From: Thermanaerothrix sp.
GTDB lineage: Bacteria > Synergistota > Synergistia > Synergistales > Synergistaceae
Assembly: GCA_026417795.1 (NCBI GenBank)
Contig: JAOACP010000002.1
Span: forward strand, 1,331-65,330
DNA length: 64,000 bases
Reading direction: 5' to 3'
Positions 61,801 to 64,000 of the stretch are shown here, in pieces. The notes under the pieces were generated by a model that ran no database searches, was not told the origin of the DNA, and was given only the letters and a program-made list of their open reading frames with translations. The number at the start of each line of letters is the position of its first letter. Positions within the stretch are counted from its first letter, which is position 1. Both the position numbers and the translations under genes were made by a program.

Positions 61801-61956
61801 GAGTTCACCAACGGCATAGGCATCGCCTCCGCGGGGGGCGTGGCCATGTCCGGGGCGCTAGCCCTCTTCGTGGTGCCCCTAATCTACATCGTGCAGGACG
61901 AGTGGCGCAGGAAATCCAACGGAGCCAAGACGGGGCAAGAAAGGCAAGGCTCTTAA
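58855..61956 (+). CDS. RND efflux permease (AcrB/HAE1-type)
   Basis: 1033 aa with 12-TM architecture and two large periplasmic loops. N-terminus SLRRPVAMGCLLIALAFLGINAY. ATGA-type overlap with the adaptor gene. Confidence 0.92.
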   Translation: MALHHVSLRRPVAMGCLLIALAFLGINAYRKMGVELMPKVDAPFITVLTIWPGASPKDIEADVAKKIEDAVSSVDGIKHIKSTCMENVAVVGLEFELGTNVDAAANDVREKLDPIIPDLPEGVEKPIIQKFDINASPVVTMALVGDMPIDELYDYVDRKLKDRFSTLPGVAEVRLTGGSERELHVLLNRFRLAERGLTSYQVTKALAEGVRTVPAGRIKDGDDEASVRFDGDYRSLKDLEMMPLTSRNGIRTTLKDVGDLKFDVKERRQAVFLDGKQAIGIQIVKKSDANAVALVDRVMKVFLEVQNEIPGGTKLVWVTDEGSYIRSSVNGTISSIIQGILLTAGILFLFLYNVRSTIVVAVSMPLTIVMSLFFMQLLGYTMNTSTLLALGLSVGILVSNSLVVLESVLSRLKETQDPLKAAMEGTQDVLIAVLASAGTNVVVLLPIGLMGSMVGMFFRPFAITSLIVNAMSIFISFTLTPILSALLLKATSGGTLEKLEAKFNEKLNRMAERYVEMVKHLAERKVLATAVLALVALLFFHSITLMPKIGFSFAPTVDKGNIYVKMEFPTRQNLDITIQRVSEAEKLLKGLPHLNHVYSTIGKVEGVGESEEGVYLAQTLLNFSPKTTRDVDIFQLLDQVRQRMRNFPGAKVTVSVPSFIGGQNIPVQLDIMGDDFDELDRIALNVQRLTQGMEGLVDTDTSVREGKREVVVTPARPVLSDMGVPPAALGAVLRNNIEGEKGAVFKTPEKNYDIRVKFDEQPGMDQIRSFQLPIPGGGTIPLGAVAQVSERMSPIKVYRADKMRTAKFFSDLSPGYPLGTAVKNLSQAIEDQGLLPPGYKIAFRGDYERMSDANDAFAEAGALSVILTFLALAAILESFKWPVLILTTVPLGLTGVLWALWATGTPMNIFVLLGVVMLIGIVVNNAILVVDEFRSLRSRSGSKDNVKTMLLALKTSFRPVVMVTLAAVLGMLPLAVSRGMGSEFTNGIGIASAGGVAMSGALALFVVPLIYIVQDEWRRKSNGAKTGQERQGS

Positions 61957-62037
61957 CCTAAACACAACAAAAACACAGCCCCCCCTTAACACCCCATGGC
62001 TACCATCTCCCCAAATCCGTACGGGAGGTGTGTGGTC

Positions 62038-63126
62038 ATGGGGATTTTTAACCAAGTCCCAAGGTTCAAGGGTCTTGTCTTGGGGTGTTTCATGGGAGGC
62101 GTCCTCCTTTCATCGGTACCGGCGGCTCTGGAGGCCAAGGAGGCGCCGCCGGATCTGGTGAAGGCCGCCAAGCGGGAAGGCCGGCTGTACACCGTGGGGA
62201 TGCCCGACGACTGGGCCAACTGGAAGGACACCTGGCGGGACATGAAGGCCCTTTACGGCATAGAGCACCAGGACACGGACATGAGCTCCGCCCAGGAGAT
62301 AGCGAAGTTCGCCGCGGAGGGGAAGAACGCCACCGCGGACCTTGGGGACGTGGGGATAGCCTTCGGCCCCATAGCGGTCAAGAAGGGGGTGACCCAGCCC
62401 TACAAGACCTCCTACTGGGACCAGATTCCCAAGTGGGCCAAAGACGAGGAAGGACATTGGATCGTGGGATACACGGGCACCATAGCGTTCCTCGTCAACA
62501 AAGACCTGGTGAAGACGCCCCCAAGGTCGTGGCGGGACCTGCTTAAAGGGGACTACAAGGTCACCGTGGGGGACGTGGGGGTGGCGGCGCAGGCCAACAG
62601 CGCGGTGCTCGCCTGCGCCTACGCCATGGGGGGAGACGAGAGGAACGTTAAACCAGCCATAGACTTCTTCGCCAAGCTGGCCCAACAGGGACGCCTCTCC
62701 ACCAGCGACCCCTCTATAGCCATGATAGAGAAGGGCGAGGTGGCGGTGGGGCTCCTCTGGGACTTCAACGCCCTGAACTACGCGGACAAGGTGGGGCGCC
62801 AAAGGTTCGAGATCCTGATCCCATCGGACGGAAGCCTCATATCCGGCTACGCCACCATCATAAACCGCTGGGCCAAGAACCCAAACGCCGCAAAGCTGGC
62901 AAGGGAGTTCATCCTTAGCGACCGAGGACAGATAAACCTGGCCAGGGGCTACGCCAGGCCCATAAGGACCTCGGTGAAGCTTCCGGAGGACGTGAGGCGA
63001 AAGCTCCTCCCCCAGTCCCAGTACGCCAAGGCCCGCCCCATAAAGGACTTCAAGGCCTGGGAGGAGACCACCGCGCAGCTTCAGCGGCTCTGGCAGGAGA
63101 ACGTGTTGGTCCATGTCAACCGCTAG
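62038..63126 (+). CDS. ABC transporter substrate-binding protein (family 1; Fe3+/polyamine/phosphonate-type fold)
   Basis: Signal peptide (LVLGCFMGGVLLSSVPAALEA). SBP_bac_1-like pattern. ATG 62038 preceded by GGGAGG. Substrate not inferable from the sequence. Confidence 0.75.
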   Translation: MGIFNQVPRFKGLVLGCFMGGVLLSSVPAALEAKEAPPDLVKAAKREGRLYTVGMPDDWANWKDTWRDMKALYGIEHQDTDMSSAQEIAKFAAEGKNATADLGDVGIAFGPIAVKKGVTQPYKTSYWDQIPKWAKDEEGHWIVGYTGTIAFLVNKDLVKTPPRSWRDLLKGDYKVTVGDVGVAAQANSAVLACAYAMGGDERNVKPAIDFFAKLAQQGRLSTSDPSIAMIEKGEVAVGLLWDFNALNYADKVGRQRFEILIPSDGSLISGYATIINRWAKNPNAAKLAREFILSDRGQINLARGYARPIRTSVKLPEDVRRKLLPQSQYAKARPIKDFKAWEETTAQLQRLWQENVLVHVNR

Positions 63127-63925
63127 GGGCTTGGTAGTAATCCTCATAGACGGCCTCTCCTCCGCCGCCGCCCTGCACATGGGATGCCTTGAGGGGATGG
63201 TGCGGTCCTCCATGGGGGCGAGGAAGGACATCTGCTCCGGGCTTCCCCCCATATCCAAGCCCCTCTACCACTGCCTGTTCACCGGCGTGGAGCCCTCAAC
63301 GTCAGGGCTTCTGTCCAACCACGCCAAAGCCCCTTCAAGGGACCCGGACAACCTGTTCGGGCTTGCAAGGCAGATGGGCCTTACAACCTGCGCCGCCGCC
63401 CACCGGTGGTTCGGGAAGCTCTTCGCCCGGTGGGACGTGGACTCCATGGGGCGCTTCCAGGACCTGGAGTCGGGGGACCTGTGCTTCGGCATCTACTACT
63501 CCGACGACCAATACCCTGACAGCCACGTCCTCCAGGACGGGGAATACCTCATAAGACGTCATCGGCCGGGGCTCACGCTTATACACACCATGGGGGTGGA
63601 CCATGCAGCCCACCTATACGGCACCGGTTCCAGGGATTACACCGAGGCGGTCATGAGGTGCGACCAGCTGGCCTCCCGGTTCCTGTGGGAGCGGCTATCT
63701 GAAGGCTTCGCGGTCATGGTCACCTCCGACCATGGGGTAAGGGAATCGGGGCTCCACGGGGGCACCTCCGAGGAGGAGACCAGGATACCCCTTTGGATTT
63801 TCCCAGAACCCTCCGGGGCCCTCAGGGAGGCCTTCGAAGGCGTGGAACGGCAAAAGGGACTAAAGGGGCTGATGGCGGAACTTCTCAAGGCGGTGGGAGG
63901 GGGTGGCCAAAGTGCGCCGGAGTAG
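63113..63925 (+). CDS. Alkaline-phosphatase-superfamily enzyme (type I phosphodiesterase/nucleotide pyrophosphatase-like), no signal peptide
   Basis: VVILIDGL (metal Asp), PISKPLYHCLFTG (nucleophile region), VDHAAH, VTSDHG. Confidence 0.7.
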   Translation: MSTARGLVVILIDGLSSAAALHMGCLEGMVRSSMGARKDICSGLPPISKPLYHCLFTGVEPSTSGLLSNHAKAPSRDPDNLFGLARQMGLTTCAAAHRWFGKLFARWDVDSMGRFQDLESGDLCFGIYYSDDQYPDSHVLQDGEYLIRRHRPGLTLIHTMGVDHAAHLYGTGSRDYTEAVMRCDQLASRFLWERLSEGFAVMVTSDHGVRESGLHGGTSEEETRIPLWIFPEPSGALREAFEGVERQKGLKGLMAELLKAVGGGGQSAPE

Positions 63926-64000
63926 GACGGTTACGCGGCGCGGCGCTTGGTTCATGAAGGCATTGGCCCCTTCGGGGCCGCTCATCGTGGTCTCTCTTGG
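63912..64000 (+). CDS. Start of a probable ABC transporter permease (runs off the window)
   Basis: GTG 63912 overlaps the upstream stop. VRRSRTVTRRGAWFMKALAPSGPLIVVSL is a basic N-terminus followed by a hydrophobic segment. Only 29 codons are visible. Confidence 0.3.
   Translation, partial: MRRSRTVTRRGAWFMKALAPSGPLIVVSL

Noticed and set aside
62110-63258. 382-aa ORF antisense to the ABC binding-protein gene
   Set aside because: Same antisense artefact; it crosses a gene boundary on the other strand.
1-64000. Search by eye for CRISPR arrays, tRNA/rRNA genes, toxin-antitoxin pairs and known defence-system signatures
   Set aside because: There are no regularly spaced direct repeats. No intergenic region is long enough or structured like a tRNA/rRNA, and there are no small paired ORFs or nuclease/ATPase/methylase combinations typical of defence islands. 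A computational scan (tRNAscan-SE, Infernal, CRISPR finders, DefenseFinder/PADLOC) would be needed to be definitive.

Overview
High-G+C bacterial chromosomal segment, densely coding, with many 1-8 nt start/stop overlaps. It looks like an anaerobe; the taxon cannot be established from the sequence alone. Content in order: (1) A phosphate regulon operon, pstA(partial)-pstB-phoU-phoB-phoR. (2) Housekeeping genes: lytic transglycosylase, xthA, a PduX-like threonine kinase, an RCK-gated K+ channel, dapF, yciH, speE. (3) A fused cbiA-cbiP amidase gene. (4) A binding-protein/HD-GYP sensor pair. (5) A ZnuA-like binding protein coupled to a ZIP permease. (6) An essentially complete anaerobic (early cobalt insertion) cobalamin pathway from glutamyl-tRNA to cobyrinic acid, arranged in two blocks that each follow a near-identical cobalamin riboswitch: cbiC-cbiK-btuF-like-cbiD-cbiET-cbiF-cbiGHJ, then cbiL-membrane protein-hemA-sirC-hemC-cobA/hemD-hemL-hemB. 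A 1.2-kb AT-rich insertion carrying decayed polysaccharide genes separates the two blocks. (7) A 16-kb surface-polysaccharide locus with an AT-rich, probably horizontally acquired core. Its enzyme set resembles the Wbp/Wlb pathway for 2,3-diacetamido-mannuronic acid and its acetamidino derivative. (8) dsbA-like, pfkB-family kinase, hisD, a DUF3298-like protein. (9) An RND efflux pair. (10) The start of an ABC uptake operon containing an alkaline-phosphatase-superfamily enzyme. I recognised no rRNA, tRNA, CRISPR array, transposase or integrase. Observations most worth follow-up: the SBP-ZIP pairing; a signal-peptide-bearing CbiK with an internal SD+GTG that could yield a cytoplasmic isoform; an uncharacterised riboswitch-controlled membrane protein; unusual multi-enzyme fusions (CbiA-CbiP, CbiG-CbiH-CbiJ); and a homopolymer frameshift in the hisF2-like gene, where adding one T restores a conserved C-terminus. 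All functional calls come from motif recognition by eye; no searches were run.
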